Shown here piece after piece: positions 1 to 14,525 of a DNA stretch of 64,000 nucleotides. The position numbers were made by a program, and so were the translations under genes. This DNA comes from Camelus dromedarius (Eukaryota). Position 1 is the stretch's first letter; every line of letters starts with the position of its first letter. The stretch is from positions 84,322,001-84,386,000 of the forward strand of contig NC_087437.1 in the NCBI RefSeq assembly GCF_036321535.1. Reading direction: 5' to 3'. The notes under the pieces are model-generated. The model was not told where the DNA came from and made no database searches. It was given only the letters and a program-made list of their open reading frames with translations.

Positions 1-1756
1 AGTTTTTATCCTAGTTTTCTCACCAGTGGTTTCAACAGAAACTTTACTGGCACTACCTACAAATCATGCCATTTAAATCAAGAGGTTTATTGAAGCAGAG
101 TGTTCAAAGATGCCTAATACAAAGATGCCTAGCGACACAGATTTCTTTTTCATAGGTTGACAAATTAATAAATTGATTAATTGATGTAATATTTTTCTAA
201 AACATATTGGGGCTGCTTGGTTGTTAGTATTTATAATTTATAAACTATGAAATACACTCATTTCAAAATAAAAAAGGAAAATGTGTATATACTTAAACAA
301 CAGTGTAGACCCTTAGGAAAAGGGTTTTTTTTGTTTATTAGTAGCTTCAAGAAACAATATTTATATAATTGCTTTATTTTCCTCATTAAACTACAAGCAT
401 ACTTTGAAAAAAATTCTTAAGGACAGTAAAATTTCAATTTTGCATTCTTGACAAGTGAATGATGCACTGATATCAAAATAAAACTGAGGATTTTTTAGAT
501 TTTTAATACCATTACATGTGATAAGTGTTTAAATTTTATCATCTGTTTCATATACAAAACCCCCACAAAATCAGGTTTTTCAGGCACACTAATTACATTG
601 AACCCAGCAAGGTGAGAGCTCCTCCTGCTGGCTTTAAGTAAAAGTTATCTAGTCCCTACCAGAGTGGAGGAAAAAAAAACATGTCAACATTAACTTCAAT
701 AAAATGTGAACATTTTTTAGATTTTTAATTTAACGGCGAGGTTTTAAACACAGCAAGATTAACATCTCTTATTTATCTAAGGAGTACACATCAAAATATA
801 TTTATTCATGTCATAATAAATAAGAAATTGGTTAAACCAGAAAATAAATTGCAGGTGGTATCAAAACAAAGTTTTATAATACTTAATAACCAATATAATG
901 CATAGAATATGTTAAACTATATATAATTTTCCTATTAACTTTAGAAGTAAATTTCCAGCATATTATATGTTTCTCTGGAAATGTCTCTTAATTTATTAGT
1001 GCTTCCTTTACTCATTCTTTTGGAAGTTATAAGAAAATGTTATTGTGTTCTAAAAGAAGATATTAGATATTAAAGACAAGGTTGATAGCACTGAATTAAA
1101 AGTCAGAGTAATGAGTACAAAGATTAAAAAGCTCAATGTTACTTTTTTGCCCTTGAATAATTTATCCTTATAACCCTTTTAGCAAATTTAAGATATATTA
1201 GTTTTAAAACAATTAGCATATAGGTTTTACAGTGTATAATAGATCATCTTTATTCCAACTGCACAATAAAAGGTGTAAGATTTCATTTATATATCACTTC
1301 GAAAAATTAAACAAGGAAGAGATCAATCAACCTACTAAGAAAGTAGCTATTCTTTTAGGATAATTTTGCTGTAAAAATTCAAGTTAATGGCATGTGAACT
1401 GAGTCCAGAGATTTACCAATATTTTTAAAAGTTCAGACAGCAGTAAATACAGGCTTGGGATTTTCTCCAATAGTTTTCATGCAAAGAAGGGAAAGCCATT
1501 TCTTCTTAGAATCATTCCATTTAGAACTTTTATTTTATAAATAAGATCCAGAAAGGTAAAGTAAGTTACTAAGTCACTTAGTAACAACCTAGTAGAGGTT
1601 TTTAATAGTTACTTCCATGTTCCACTGACTGTAACACACCCTACCACCTCCCATAGATCTAAACAAACAGGTAAAATAACTTCCAACATCATGGTCAGAT
1701 TAAATGTAATCAGAATACTTCAAGCTATAGATCTAGATACATAAACAAACATCTAA

Positions 1757-1803
<47 letters not shown>

Positions 1804-1828
1804 CCTACCTACCTACCTACCTACCTAT
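1757..1828 (+). repeat. Compound tetranucleotide microsatellite (CTAT)11(CTAC)6
   Basis: Read directly from the sequence. Confidence 0.97.
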
Positions 1829-4469
1829 ACAGCAACTGTCTATTTCAATGCCAGGTTACCACAGTAACTAATGTTTTGACATGACTGCATTTTTTTGATT
1901 GAAAAAAAAGCACAATTATAACTTCCAGATACTATGAGTCTGTAACCTCACAAAGAGTCAGAATCAATATTTAATTCCTAACAAAATCAAAAAGAGATTG
2001 CTTTAGGTAAGCATAGGATTATTACGTTAACCCCTGGTATGTCCCTCTGTGTATTGGCATTATTTTTAAGGCAACATTTTCCAAAGAGAATCACCCTTTC
2101 TTAAAAATAACAAAAATACTTTTATCTGGAAACTGAGATCGATACTTATTCATTAAGTATACATATAGCATTTTGTTTTGTCATAGCTTTCTTATTTCCA
2201 TTGTTGCCTATTGGTTTTTAATATAGATATTTTTATGATTATTTTTTCTACCCCATGTGAGTTTAGAACTCCTATTTGAAAGATAAGGCAATAGGAACAT
2301 AGAGACGTTAAATAGTTTTCTCAAAAGTAGACAATAAAATCAAGTCTAGAACAATTGAACTCATAACCTTCACTTTCTACTCTCCTAGAAAAAAATCTTT
2401 TTCAGAAAGTATGTTCAAAAGTGTGTTTCTGTCCCTTCTAGAAAACAGATCATTCTTTCTTTCTGTTCTGATGGAAAAATAAGCTATAATAATCAGAAAT
2501 TATTTTACTTGATTATCACCTTACCTGGAGAAAATGGGTAAACAATTCAATCTAGCTTGCTATTTAGAAGAAAAGCTATACTATTCAGGAAGAACTGCCA
2601 CCGAAAATCTTATCCAAATAATGAATGGTTAGTAGTTGATTAAAAATATAACTAGTAATGTTCATCCTCATTTCCACACCTTCCTATTTGACTCAAAAGA
2701 ACTCTATACCGTTATCCTGCTTGACACAGCTCTATTTGCTTCAGCCTCATGATCATTTCTAAAGCCTGCCTTTAGACAGGAGGGCTTACCACAGATACCC
2801 AAGGAGAACCCAGGTGTGGATTTAATCCATCATAAGGTCACTAAATGATAGGCTCACTCTGGGCTCCCAAACAAGGCCATTAAGATTATCAACAAGTCAC
2901 TTCAAAGTCGTGCTTTTCCCATCAAAGTGTTCAGTTATCTTTATGGTTAAAAAAGGAAAGGAAAGTAAATTTGGCACGTTCTAAATTAATGACAATACAC
3001 AATTCTTCCATTTTGACATCTTCAGCACTTCAGTCTATAAAGAAGCTAAGTAGCTTCATTTAGGACAAGTACTATTTCCATTTCCTTCAATTACACAGTT
3101 TTAATAGGTAGAAAAGACTATTGCGCTTTAGTCTTTGATTGTTAGTCTTGTATTTATCAAATGTTGTGATTTTCTCATCTCTCACAGAAACTTACAACAT
3201 TTATTACATATACTCCACTTAGCCCAAACCACTGAACCTCCTCCCCATCACTTAAACAGCATCAAGGATGCTTCTTGCCTTTCTAGTTCTTTCTTGTCTT
3301 ACATTTCTCATTTGTCTTCCGTGGGCTTTGGACACTTGCCCTTTTTAATGAAAATCAAGGTCTGAAATGTGTCTAAATCATTTTTTATAGCATTGGTAAA
3401 AGAGATTATGACTAATTACTTGAAAGAATTATCTACAATATAATGGGCATCCCAATGCAAAACCATTTCTATATAATGGAAGACAACCGTATCAAAACCC
3501 TTACTTAAAAACAAAAAATAGTGGCTTTCTATTGAGGAGGAAAAAATTACTTTTACTAGGAATCTAAGAAAAAATTATATGAGTAAAGAAGAGTCTGTCT
3601 CTTTTCTTGAAAACGGAAGAAAAGAAGTTCTCCTGCAATGTTGTTTTTTCCCTCCATTACACTCACATGGTTGTAATGGAAATACTTTCAGTACTTTTCG
3701 ACTTCCTTCTTAAGGATATGCAGAGTTACAAAAATGTTACTTGATTTTACATGAAGACATTTCAACATTATTTCAACAAGCATTTACTGAGTCTGTTATA
3801 TTTAAGTCTCTATATTAACTATTTCAGGGTATAGAAAGTTTATAAGACGTAATATCTACCCTCAAGGAGTATCTGGTGTTATTTTTTCACTCCTACTGTT
3901 AGGATTTTTGTGTCAACCGACATAGTTTATTTAAACATGTAAATAGCAAAACAGATTAAAATGCCCTATTCAGAAGATGCAGAAGAGGAAAGGCTGTAGC
4001 TATTTAGTAGAATGTGTAGAAATAAATTGCTATTCCAAAAGGGCAGACATCCAACAGCACATCAATATCACCATCAAAACTGTTGGTAATTGGACCACTT
4101 ATCTCAGTTCCTATAGAAAAGTGCCAAGGAATGAATAGATTGTAGAAATATGTCGCAGTAGACAACAGGAAGGGAAACAATTTTTTACCTGAAGGATACT
4201 CATCTCTAAAATAATACCAAAGACAAGAAATATCTGCTAAATTTTAAAGGAGAGACATAGGTTTTAGTTAGAGTGGGAGATAAATTAAGAAGTGTTATAA
4301 GGATATTTTTCTAATCTAAGTTTTAATCATCAGAAATAAAAAATTATCAGGTAAAAATAGTAATTGTCAAATTTTTGAAAAACATGTATTAAAAAACTTT
4401 GAAAGGAGGATATTCTCATTTTTGTCCACTGAAATTATACCAGATAAAGACACAATCATCAGTATTAAT

Positions 4470-4590
4470 TTACAAATTAGTTCTGCCAATGCAATATGAG
4501 CTCCTCAAAGGCAGGGTCTGTGTATGTATGTGTATATATTTGTTGAATAAAATGAATAAATGAATGAATGAACAAGTGAATGAACTGAAT
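4470..4590 (+). mobile_element. L2 3' terminus with (TGAA)n tail
   Basis: TATGAGCTCCTCAAAGGCAGGG..ATATTTGTTGAATAAAATGAATAAATGAATGAATGAA. Confidence 0.65.
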
Positions 4591-7500
4591 GGAAGGGAGT
4601 ATGAGCAAGAAACTCATGTCTTGGGTAAAAACATTCTTAACCACATATTGAAAAAGCAGTGCAGGATTAGAGGGGAGGCAGGCACTGCACAAAATTTAAA
4701 TGGCTATTGTGCTTTTGTCTGTAATGGAGAAGGTCAAAGGTTATCACATATGATCGCTCTAAGATGTGGTTAAGAGACAAAGTGGTCTTCGGAAAAATAA
4801 AATCAAAGTAGGCATTTGTGTTAAGCACAGAATGGATTATGAGAGACAAACATTTTCTGTACCCTTTGGTGTACTCTTCTCTGCTCTATCCAAGGCCCTA
4901 CCCTTTTAACACAGAGTGCCTTCAGGCTTGCTCACTCTCAGTCCAAACCCTGTGTGTCTATCCCCGTCTCTGAGAGTGTGGTGTCCAAATCATCCCCCTC
5001 GTGTCTGCTGCCCCACTAAAAGCAATCTTCATACCAATAAAACATCTTAACTAAAGCAGCACACAAATGTGCTTATGAATACTCATTTCCCCTTATGCTT
5101 TCTACACTATTTATTTATTTATTCAAGCTAAATTTGATTACAGCACCATTCAGGTGATAGTGACTTGAGAGTCTTTCATGTCATGACCAAAATCACACCA
5201 CAGAAGTAATTCCTCATAGAAATATATTGAAAGAGAAAACCTAAAACTCCAGTTCCTACCATGTCCAAAGATATTACCCTCTGTTTAGATAATATCTTCT
5301 ATCTACTTCCTGGGTTCTGTACTTGACTCTAGTATTGTGTGCTTATATAAACTTAGCCAACTCAAAATTCTTATTCTTCTAATTGTTAGGAGTTGTTCTG
5401 CCTTAAACCAGGTAATTCTCTAAGCCATATTATCTAGCTCTCAACAGACTCTGATCTTGTTAGCCACTCTACCAGGACAGCATGGCTTAGTACATAATAA
5501 CAAAACAAAACTTTGCTTATTGTTTCATGGGTCATGGTTATCTCCCCTTTGCCCTTTGAATTTCTCTTATTAATTCATCCACTTAAAGCGTCTTCAACAG
5601 AGATCTAAGATAGTGATTTTTTTTTCCTTAGATTTCCCAACCCCCTCCTCTGCAGCTGACTACAGAAATACTATCCATACTCTAGTTTCTTTAGTCTCTA
5701 AAAAAAGTAAAGCTAAATTGCCAATGTGGAAGACTCTTCTCTACATCAGCTAACTAAACTCCTTATGAACATGTATATTTCACAGTCAGCTGCTTATAAA
5801 ACATGGTTGTCAGGTCATGAAACTTGATAATCTGTTCATATAATAATATACATTCTGGGGATATGCTGTAAAATAATAATTTAAATAAAAATGTAATTTT
5901 TTAACTCTTTTACCACGATTTCAACATCCTTGACTGCCTAAAGAAGGTGTATTATCTTCTGAATCGGTAAATTGAATTGTACTGAGGATTTTGCTAAGTA
6001 ATATTGCCTGTGGAACAGAATAGTCTATAATGAGAGAATGTCATATCATTTAGACATTAAATAGCTTTTTAGCATAATTATTTGATAAATAAAGTCACGA
6101 AAATTATGTAGGACAACTTCTTACTGGAAACTATTGAGGAAATGACAGAGTGAATGTGATGCCAGATTTAGCGGCACATGAACTGCAAGACAGCTGATCT
6201 TTTGTGGCATATTTCTGTACTGCTGAGGAGTCAGGAGAAGGAATGTTTCATAAATGAAACATTTACAAAGGTGACCCATGCCAAGAGCAGCATGGCTTCA
6301 GTATACAGAAAAGAACGACAGATGGAAGCTTTATTGTTGGCAGAAAAAATAAAAGAAAATAGCATTAAAAAAAAAAAAAAACAGGAATTATCACCATTAC
6401 CCTGTAGGGAATGCAGATCATTAAGTGCTATTGTCATAGGGTTTATCCATAGGATCTTGTGCAATAAAGTAAATACAATAGAAATGATAGTGGCATTTTA
6501 ACATTTAGGCAAATGGAGAATATTTTATCCAACATGGGCTTCCCAGGTATAATTAAGCATAAGAAAGCAGATGCAGGCTTTCATAGGATCTTGATCAGTT
6601 TTAATTTATTGATTACCCAAGACATGAATTATGATAAGAAACGTAAAATGTTGAGAAATTCTTTTGGTGAAGTTGTCAGGACCCAAATTCCATCCTCAGC
6701 TTTCATGGTTAAGAAGCTCAATTTTTATTCCTCCAACAAGGAGTGATCGTATTTCAGGAGACTACACCTTGCTAATCAGGCATATAGGAGACTAACTTTA
6801 AAATGAGAAGGATGATTTATTAACTGATGATTTGTCTCCCCAGGGAGTCTCCTTTCTTGCAGGTAAACACACCAAGAGACAAAATTACCTATCAAAGATT
6901 TCTTGGAAAGTACTAAATTACTGGAAAGTAGTAACCCTGTTTTATTTTTTCTTAATCCTCTAGGTTTATTTCTATTTATAGAATTAAGAGTTTTATCTAC
7001 CCATTTTAAAGCTCTTAACATTAAATAGTGCTGAAAAAAACATTGAAAGTTTCTATTTAAATTGTTTTTCAAACATATGTACTGACAACTACAACTCTGG
7101 CATTTCAAACACTATTTACAAGGCATACTATAGTTTCCACTATTATAGCCTTTCTGATATTGGCTAAATTTTAGAAGGCTTAATTTTTATTTTTTGTAAA
7201 GAAAATTGGTTCTATCTACAGACTCTCTTTAATTGCAAAGTAGTTTGTATTTCTTCCAAAAAAGATTTTTACATGTGAGTAAAATAAATTCCAATTACTG
7301 AGTTGATTGTATCCGGTTTCAAATAAGGACAGAGAATATTTCCTGATGATGTGGGGAAGAATCTAAACTTTCAGGCATGGTATCTGCTATTAGCTGCCAG
7401 ATTGTTTCGGTCTTAGATTGCTCTTTACAAAGGGAAACACACTGTGGTCCTTATTTTTATTGACAAAGAATGAAGAGTTTAAAAGACTAAAAGCCAGTTG

Positions 7501-7786
7501 ATTTCTTAATGCAAATAGTTTCTGAGCAATTTATCTTAATATTAATAGTCTTCTCCTTTCTCTATGACTTTATTTCATTATATAATCAAAACCCTCCATA
7601 TTCTGAGTAATGCATAGTTGTACATTATTCAGGAATCTGTTCTCTTGTTTTCCCTGTCTTTGCACTTTTCAGAGAAAACTTATCCATTTGGGGATTTCAA
7701 CTATTATTTCAGTGGTGTCAATCTCCAAAACAGTATCTCCAGCATAACTCCCTCTCTTATGCTTTAGACACAATTAAGAGGCCCCT

Positions 7787-8186
7787 TGTTGGTTTGCAAA
7801 CTGGCGCCTATACACAGGGGGTGAGGAGAGACCAAGGAAGAGTCAGACCATTACAGACTGGTGGGTGGTAGCACTTAATACATAAAGGAACTAAAATACA
7901 AGGTTTGTCTTGGGCAGCTGTAAGATGAAAAATCTCCACACCCACTGGACAGAATCTTAAATTTTTATACAGAGTTCTCAACTGGGTTCAGTCCTGCATA
8001 CCGTCCAGATGGTCTCTACAATACCTTACTCTCTCAAGACTCTGTCCCTGGATCTGCTCCCACTGCAGAAATGGTGGGCAGAACTGTACATTCCAAGGAC
8101 AGGGAGAGGGTAAGGAGCCTCCCATTGTCTGAGTACAAATCACAGGTCAACTAGTATTCACATCTTCTCAATTACCTCCTCAAACA
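7787..8186 (-). mobile_element. Solo LTR (ERV class I-like), ~400 bp, inserted in an L2
   Basis: TG...CA termini (TGTTGG...CAAACA) with 4-bp flanks CCCT/CTCT. Minus-strand TATAAAAA at 7962-7969. L2-like sequence resumes on both sides. Confidence 0.7.
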
Positions 8187-8373
8187 CTCTTCAAACTTAA
8201 CATGTCTGCACCTGAGCTCATTATTTTCACATGAACAGGTACCACCTCCTGATTTCCCTATTTCAGCTACTATTTCAGATACCCAGGATCTGCACAAGTG
8301 AAGAAAATTGAGAACCCATATCTAATTCTTGATTTACCTGTCCCAACTCCCCAGCTATCGTTTGCAAATTGGA

Positions 8374-8883
8374 TGTTACAAGCAGAATAAGAGTCCCCCG
8401 AAGTTGTCCATGCTCTAATCCCAGGAACCTGTGGGTGTATGCTTTGTTACATGGCAAAAGGAAATTGAGTTTGCAGATAGAATTAAGGTTGCTGATCATC
8501 TGACATTAAAGTAGGGGACTATCCTATTCTAGATTATCTGGTGGGCCCACTGGAGTAACAAGGGTACCTAAGAGCAGAAGAGAGTCAAAGAAATATGTGA
8601 CTACAGAAGAAAGGACCAGGGAGATGTAACACTGCTGGCTTGAAGACGGAGGAAGGCAGCCATGAGCCAAACAATGTGAACAGCCTCCAGAAGCTGGAAA
8701 GCGTAAGGAAACAGATTCTCCTCTAGAGCCTCCATACAGGAACACAGTCCCACTGACACTTTGATTTTAGCCTAGGGAGATCATATCAGATTCCTAACCT
8801 ACAAAACTGTAAGGATAAATTTGTGTTGTTTAAGCTGCTAAATCTAAGGTAATTTGTTACAACGGCAATAGAGAACTAATACT
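8374..8883 (+). mobile_element. MaLR solo LTR, MLT1D-like
   Basis: Starts TGTTACAAGCAGAATAA..CTAATCCCAGGAACCTGTG..TTACATGGCAAAAGG. Ends AAATTTGTGTTGTTTAAGC..AATTTGTTACAACGGCAATAGAGAACTAATAC. Confidence 0.88.
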
Positions 8884-10439
8884 GAGCTTTCTAGATCATC
8901 TTCAAATCTATCAGTTTTTCTATTCCTTACTTACTTTCTTTTTCAACTGGACAGTATCCTTTGGTCTTGTTCCTTTCATTTAACTTCCACAATGTAGCAT
9001 CAGTGATCTACCTAAAATTCAAATCTGATTTCTCCATTCTCTATTCAAAATTCCTCAGTGGTTCCCTTATCACTTTAAAAAAAATTCTCCCAAAATAATT
9101 GCTTTAAATGTGCACTTATTTCTTCACACTGACCATCCGACCAGGTTCTGAGTATAAAAGTGAATCAAAATAAACATAAACTCTGTCTTCAGGGTGATTA
9201 TAATATAATGTGATAAAGAGAAAATAAACTATAAAATAAATATATAACTGTGCATTTCATAAGTGCTATGAATCTAATTTGGATTTCTGGTTCACATAAA
9301 ACCTGTAGTAAGGAAGACATGATTAGACAGAGTTGAGCTATTCTCTATATTCCCTTTAGATTCATGATATAATTACATAACAATGATCAGAGAAGACATA
9401 AGATAACTGCTTAACTAGTTTTAACCCAGTATTCTCCTCACTAAAGTTAGAGATGGGCACTAAAAACCTCGTTCCCAATGAATATGTACTAACATTCTAT
9501 GGCAAATTTTTCAAGACAACATGGAATGACAACTGTTGCCTTACAAAGTTTACTCTGAATTCCTTTACACTGCATGCAAGATCCTTCTTGGCTTGATCCC
9601 ATCTACCAGTCCTACTTCTTCCAGTTCCTCTGTAGCACTTCATCCCTACCCAACATTACTATGATGCACTGGTAATCCTGAAACTTACCTTGCCCTTTCA
9701 CCTCTCCACATTTCATGCTATTCCTTTCTGCTTGGAATATTCTTGCTCTTTTGGTCCCAACAAGAAGACTCCTAGTCATCACTTAAAGCTTAACCTGAAT
9801 TTGATTTCTTCCATAATTTACCCCCATAAGATGGAAATGCTCTTATTCTTATGCCCTACTGAAATTTGCACATACTTCACTAACAGTAATTATCTTACTT
9901 TATTTTACCACAAAGTGTATATTTCTTTGTATAACTGTTCTTCCTTAGATTAAATTCCTTGAAGACCAAAACTGTGTATTTTAAACCCCACACTCTTCCT
10001 CAAGATTATTTTTTTTAAAAATGAATAAAGGAATAGAAGAAGAAAATGAAAATACACAGATGAGGAATTTAGAATATATATAACTTCAGTTAGTAAAGGC
10101 TCAAAATTCGATAAAAATGGATAAGTTAGAACACACAAACAAAAATTATAGTATCCTTTCAGTAGCTGCAAACTACTGAGACAAGTACACTGGGGAAGGA
10201 GTAAAGTCTGTGATTATAAATCCAGTGTTCCAAAAGCAATAAATAATAAAGGAACTTTCTGCTTTTCTATCAGATTGTATCAAAAGAAATTACTAGAGCA
10301 GAGTCAAAGCAGTGGAAAAGTCATAGTAAAAATCCTGCAATCCTGATCATATGGAAAAGAAAATTAAAAAAATAAAAACTACTGAAGTGAAATCACTACT
10401 TAAGCAAAAATTCCAATGGAAACCTAGTAGGAGAGATTC

Positions 10440-10462
10440 TGTGTGTGTGTGTGTGTGTGTGT
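10440..10462 (+). repeat. (TG)11 microsatellite
   Basis: Read directly from the sequence. Confidence 0.95.
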
Positions 10463-12339
10463 ACATGATAAAGTATATTTGAAGTAGTTTTAGGCGTTTT
10501 CAGATTAGAAAATATATATATATATTTTTCATATATATGATCTGAAAGAATACACTCAAATATAAGGAAAAAAACATACCTATGAACAGAAAGAACCATC
10601 TACCCAAAATAAAATAAATCAGCTGGTGCTCTGGACAAAGAAAAGAATCAATGTATTATGGCCACTGATGTTGGAGAATGGCTAGGGAAAGGAACATCAG
10701 ATGGTATTAAAAAGCATTTAAAAAGAGCTACAGAAGCATCTACAACAGCTTTGAAGTTAAATGTAGGGACCCTACCGATCTGACACTTTAATCTTGAAGT
10801 GGCCAGAATGGTACTTTTATAGAGTCCCTACATGGTTGGGTTTTCATATAAATTTAAACTTTTAGCGAATTATTTTTATTAGACACTAGATATACTGAAA
10901 TGTCAGAAAATAAAACAGAGTATTAACAAATCCTCATGCCTACTATTGCTCGAGGACATAGTTATAAATTTTAATCACGTGCCTTTGTGCCTTAGAGAAG
11001 CAAATTGTGAATATAAGGAAGCATGGAAGCCCTGAAATAATCAAGATTTCATACTGTTACTGGGGAAAGGGGACCCAAACTGACAGTAACCAGCAACATG
11101 TAAGTTACTCTGACAATGGGTCAGTGGCAATTATCCCACATACCCCCTATTAGAAGGGCAATGATACCCTGGTCATTCTGCTTACAGAGAAATGGGTGAC
11201 ATTAAAATAATTTTAACTCAAAGGAATTCCACAATGCAACTATTAAATAGTTCTGCTAAAGCCCCAATCCCAGATAAGGAAGCTACTGATGTCAGAAACA
11301 CTGACAGATACAGTCATTTGCCTCCTCCTCACCTCTGTCAACCATCTATTGAGTACTTAGTAAACCCAAAAGCTGTGTGAGGCACTCAAGTAAATATGGA
11401 ACAGAAGGGAATGGGATGATGGACAGCAAACCATTTTGCATTAGAAAGTATATTCTGAGATAAACAAATTACTTCAAAATCTAAGTATTATACTATACCA
11501 TATAAATCCCTTAAATATAGGGTAGCTGAGAATATTTGGGAATCTGACCCAAACTTGTGAAACTGAGTGACTTAAGGAGAGAACTCTGAATTTATTTTGT
11601 CCAGAAGATTAAATTTCAATGAGCATCCTCCTGATACAGAATTGAACTCGTGTTGATAAGAAATTGAAGTTCTGGTTTTTCTAGAAGATTAATACTCCAG
11701 TTGCTTCAGGCCAACTTGAAAATGACACACATTATAATGAAATAGTCCTACCATGACACCATAAATAATGATGAAACTAAGCTAAGTATTATGTCAATTT
11801 AAAAACAAAACACAACTTGCAGATATGCATTTACTCACTAAGCTTTTCTTTACTTAGATTCCTGTTGAAGATGGTATTTGCTCTAGTATCACCTACATTC
11901 AACAAAAATTCTCCCTTTTGTACAGTTGAATCAACCTAAAAACATGACTCAATTCTCAATGATGGCTCATGTATAATGAGAACACAGCGAAAAATTATTT
12001 ATTACATTGCTTTTATTCCATAAATTGATTTTAGTCTCAATTAATAATTGTGTTATCTTTATGATTCTTAAAAAATAAAAGAAATGTATATTCTGAGAGA
12101 TTAATTTGAGAATTGAGATAATAGTAAAAAATAACCATAGTCAGTGTTCTAGTAGCTACAATAAGCAGAACCTTTTAAAGTATTTTAGACTAATATTTAC
12201 TTTTTCCCCATGTGTACTGTACACTACATATTCACACCCTTCAGTTTATAGTAAAACAATAATAAGACAATTTTTAAATCACTATTATAACCAAATCAAA
12301 TTTGGATTTTTTCAAAAAGTTTTTGGACTAGCAATGATT

Positions 12340-12800
12340 AGCTGTCTTAAAAATTCTCAGCAATTCTCAAGTGACCAACATTATGCTTCCGTGTCCCTCC
12401 AGAATCTGTCACATTCACCTCTCAAGCCTTTTTTCTCAGCACTACATCCCTCAAATTCAGTGCTCCAGGCCTTACTAAATTAATTCAATGTTCTCTCTGA
12501 TATCAAACTCTTTGGGCCTTCTCACAAACTAATATTCTCTCATCTTGGTGACTACCTCTCCTGGGTCTCAATTTACATGATAGCTCTTGTTGGAAGTCTC
12601 TTCTGATTTCTTTTACCTAATGGTAAGGAAATGTCATGTTTAATGAGTCTCCATAGATTAATGCATGTACCACACCAAAAAAGCATGACTTTACTATAAC
12701 TATTCAGTCATTTATCTCCCAGAAGAGACTAGGTTTCCTATGTTTATGGACCTCAGTCACCTTGTTCACCAACTTTTTCCTAGGACCTAGCACCATGACC
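12340..12800 (+). mobile_element. Degenerate L2 fragment
   Basis: Ends CACCTTGTTCACCAAC..CCTAGGACCTAGCAC, an L2 3' motif. Confidence 0.5.
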
Positions 12801-12984
12801 CTTCAAAAGGCTACTGAAGTACCCAGATGAGAAATGATGGTAGAGTTGGCATAACAAAATTCTCCCAACTGATCAAGGCCACAGTGAACTCTCCCTCCCC
12901 TAAATATGCTTAGTATGTGTCCAGCTAATTTTTGCTTCTCACTGGAAACTTATGATGTGTCAGTTTATGTTATTTATAGATAAT

Positions 12985-13125
12985 GTCATGTTACAGATGA
13001 GGAGGAATATGGGACCCAGAAATATTATAAGACTTATTAAATATCACACAGGTAGTTAGTGCTACTACTAGATTAAAATCCATATCTCTCACCAAGAATA
13101 CTGATTTTCCTGCTATACCATAAAA
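12985..13125 (-). mobile_element. MIR fragment
   Basis: TTACAGATGAGGA..CCCAGA..TCACACAGGTAGTTAGTG core. Confidence 0.6.
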
Positions 13126-14269
13126 TTTCATTTCCATAACTAGCATTCATGCTTCTAGAGGGTGGCAAAACATGTATCTCCTGTAACTAGGTCACGTAGT
13201 AGTTAAAGAAGTATTTGATTATATTATGATTTTATTGAAATAATTAGAATTTAATTTTATTTATATTTTAGTTTATACATTCATTTTATTAATTATACGT
13301 AGTTTTTACTTTGTTTTTATTTTCTGTCACCCTCGTTCAAAAAAATCTCTGTGATCTACTTTTATCCCATCCTCCAATGAAATCTCAGGCAGGTATATTA
13401 TTCTGCTATGCCTTCTTAGACAAAATATGTTGTATTTCAAAAATTTTTAATATTAAACAGCCAAAATTCAAAATTCATATGACTTTGCACTTCTCCGTCA
13501 ATTTGATTTTGCTTAAGGCCTGTGTACAGTGTGGAAGTAGTTTGTGTTTAGATTCTCTTCACAAGCCACCACTCATTGACTGCTATTTCCGACTCACCGG
13601 GGTCAAAGTAGAGAAGGGTAAGCTTTTCACGACTGGTTCAGTTGATCTGACTTTGGGGCTCTCTGAGACTGGAAGATGGTCAAAGATGGCTTTACCTTAT
13701 GTGACCATTTTAAGGAAATTTTCCTGCTGGGAAACTAACTCTGAAGAAAACAGTGTCTCTTCCAGTTAATTATAAACCATTTGAACATATGAGGCAGTTC
13801 CTTTCTAAATGGTCCACATTTAGGATATAGAAATGCACAGATTTGACCCGTGCACCCTAGTTTATGGAGTTCCCTCCTGGTGCAGCCCTGTATCTGCTCT
13901 GCTCTCCCATCTCTGGCCACCACGTCATAGACTCCCCTACCATTCTTAGGCTCCCAAAATTATAGCTAACACATATTAACCTTTGAGTTGTCCCTTTAAT
14001 ATTTCCTCCACTAAAGCATTACTTCTCCACCCCGAAATGCAATTCCTTTCAATGTTCCCAAATGTAATCACTTATAATAGTTGAAATTGGCCATCTTTAA
14101 TGCTAGATAGATTGTTTTTAAAAACTTTTAACTATGAGCTGCAGAGGGGATGCTCTATCCCATACTTCACCTTAGTATGAACCTATATACGGTTCTTGGC
14201 TTTGAAATTCCAGCTGAATTCATGAATCTCATTTTAAAATCCTATATTGTAATATAATAATTTTATCTA

Positions 14270-14525
14270 ACATTAATTGAATTAATCCTATGAGTCAAAC
14301 ACTTAGCTAAGCATGTTCTACATGGAGTATCTTACTTGCTATTTATTTCACACTTTTTTTAAAGTTCTTATTACTACCTTCACTTTACCAGTTAAGAAAG
14401 CAAAGTCCTGAAGAGGTAAAGAAATGTAATTCAGGAAAGAAATCTAGTAAGAGGCAGAAGCATTTGAATTTGATGCCAGTTGGTCTTATATTAAAGCCCA
14501 AGTACCTCACCACTATGCTAACATC
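14270..14525 (-). mobile_element. MIR
   Basis: ATTACTACCTTCACTTTAC..AGAGGTAAAGAAATGT..GCATTTGAATT..CACCACTATGCTA. Confidence 0.55.

Larger units (their letters stand above)
7650..9970 (+). mobile_element. Fragmented L2 LINE interrupted by LTRs and other inserts
   Basis: L2 motifs CTCCAAAACAGTATCTCCAGC, CAAACTTAACATGTCT..GAGCTCATTATTTTC, CTAAAATTCAAATCTGAT, ATGCTATTCCTTTCTGCTTGGAAT. Confidence 0.65.

Noticed and set aside
1..60. TTTTATCCTAGTTTTCTCACCAGT loosely resembles the reverse complement of EPHA6 exon 2
   Set aside because: It does not translate to VVLLDTTTVLGELGWKTYP and has no suitable splice sites.
11058..11153. Short frame ..SYSDNGSVAIIPHTPY* reminiscent of a retroviral integrase core
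   Set aside because: Motif spacing is too short and there is no flanking pol similarity I can verify. It needs an HMM search.
13311..13769. 152-aa ORF and other AT-rich ORFs (6178, 12106, 19388, 59582)
   Set aside because: No recognisable homology or exon structure, several non-ATG starts, and composition typical of random AT-rich DNA.
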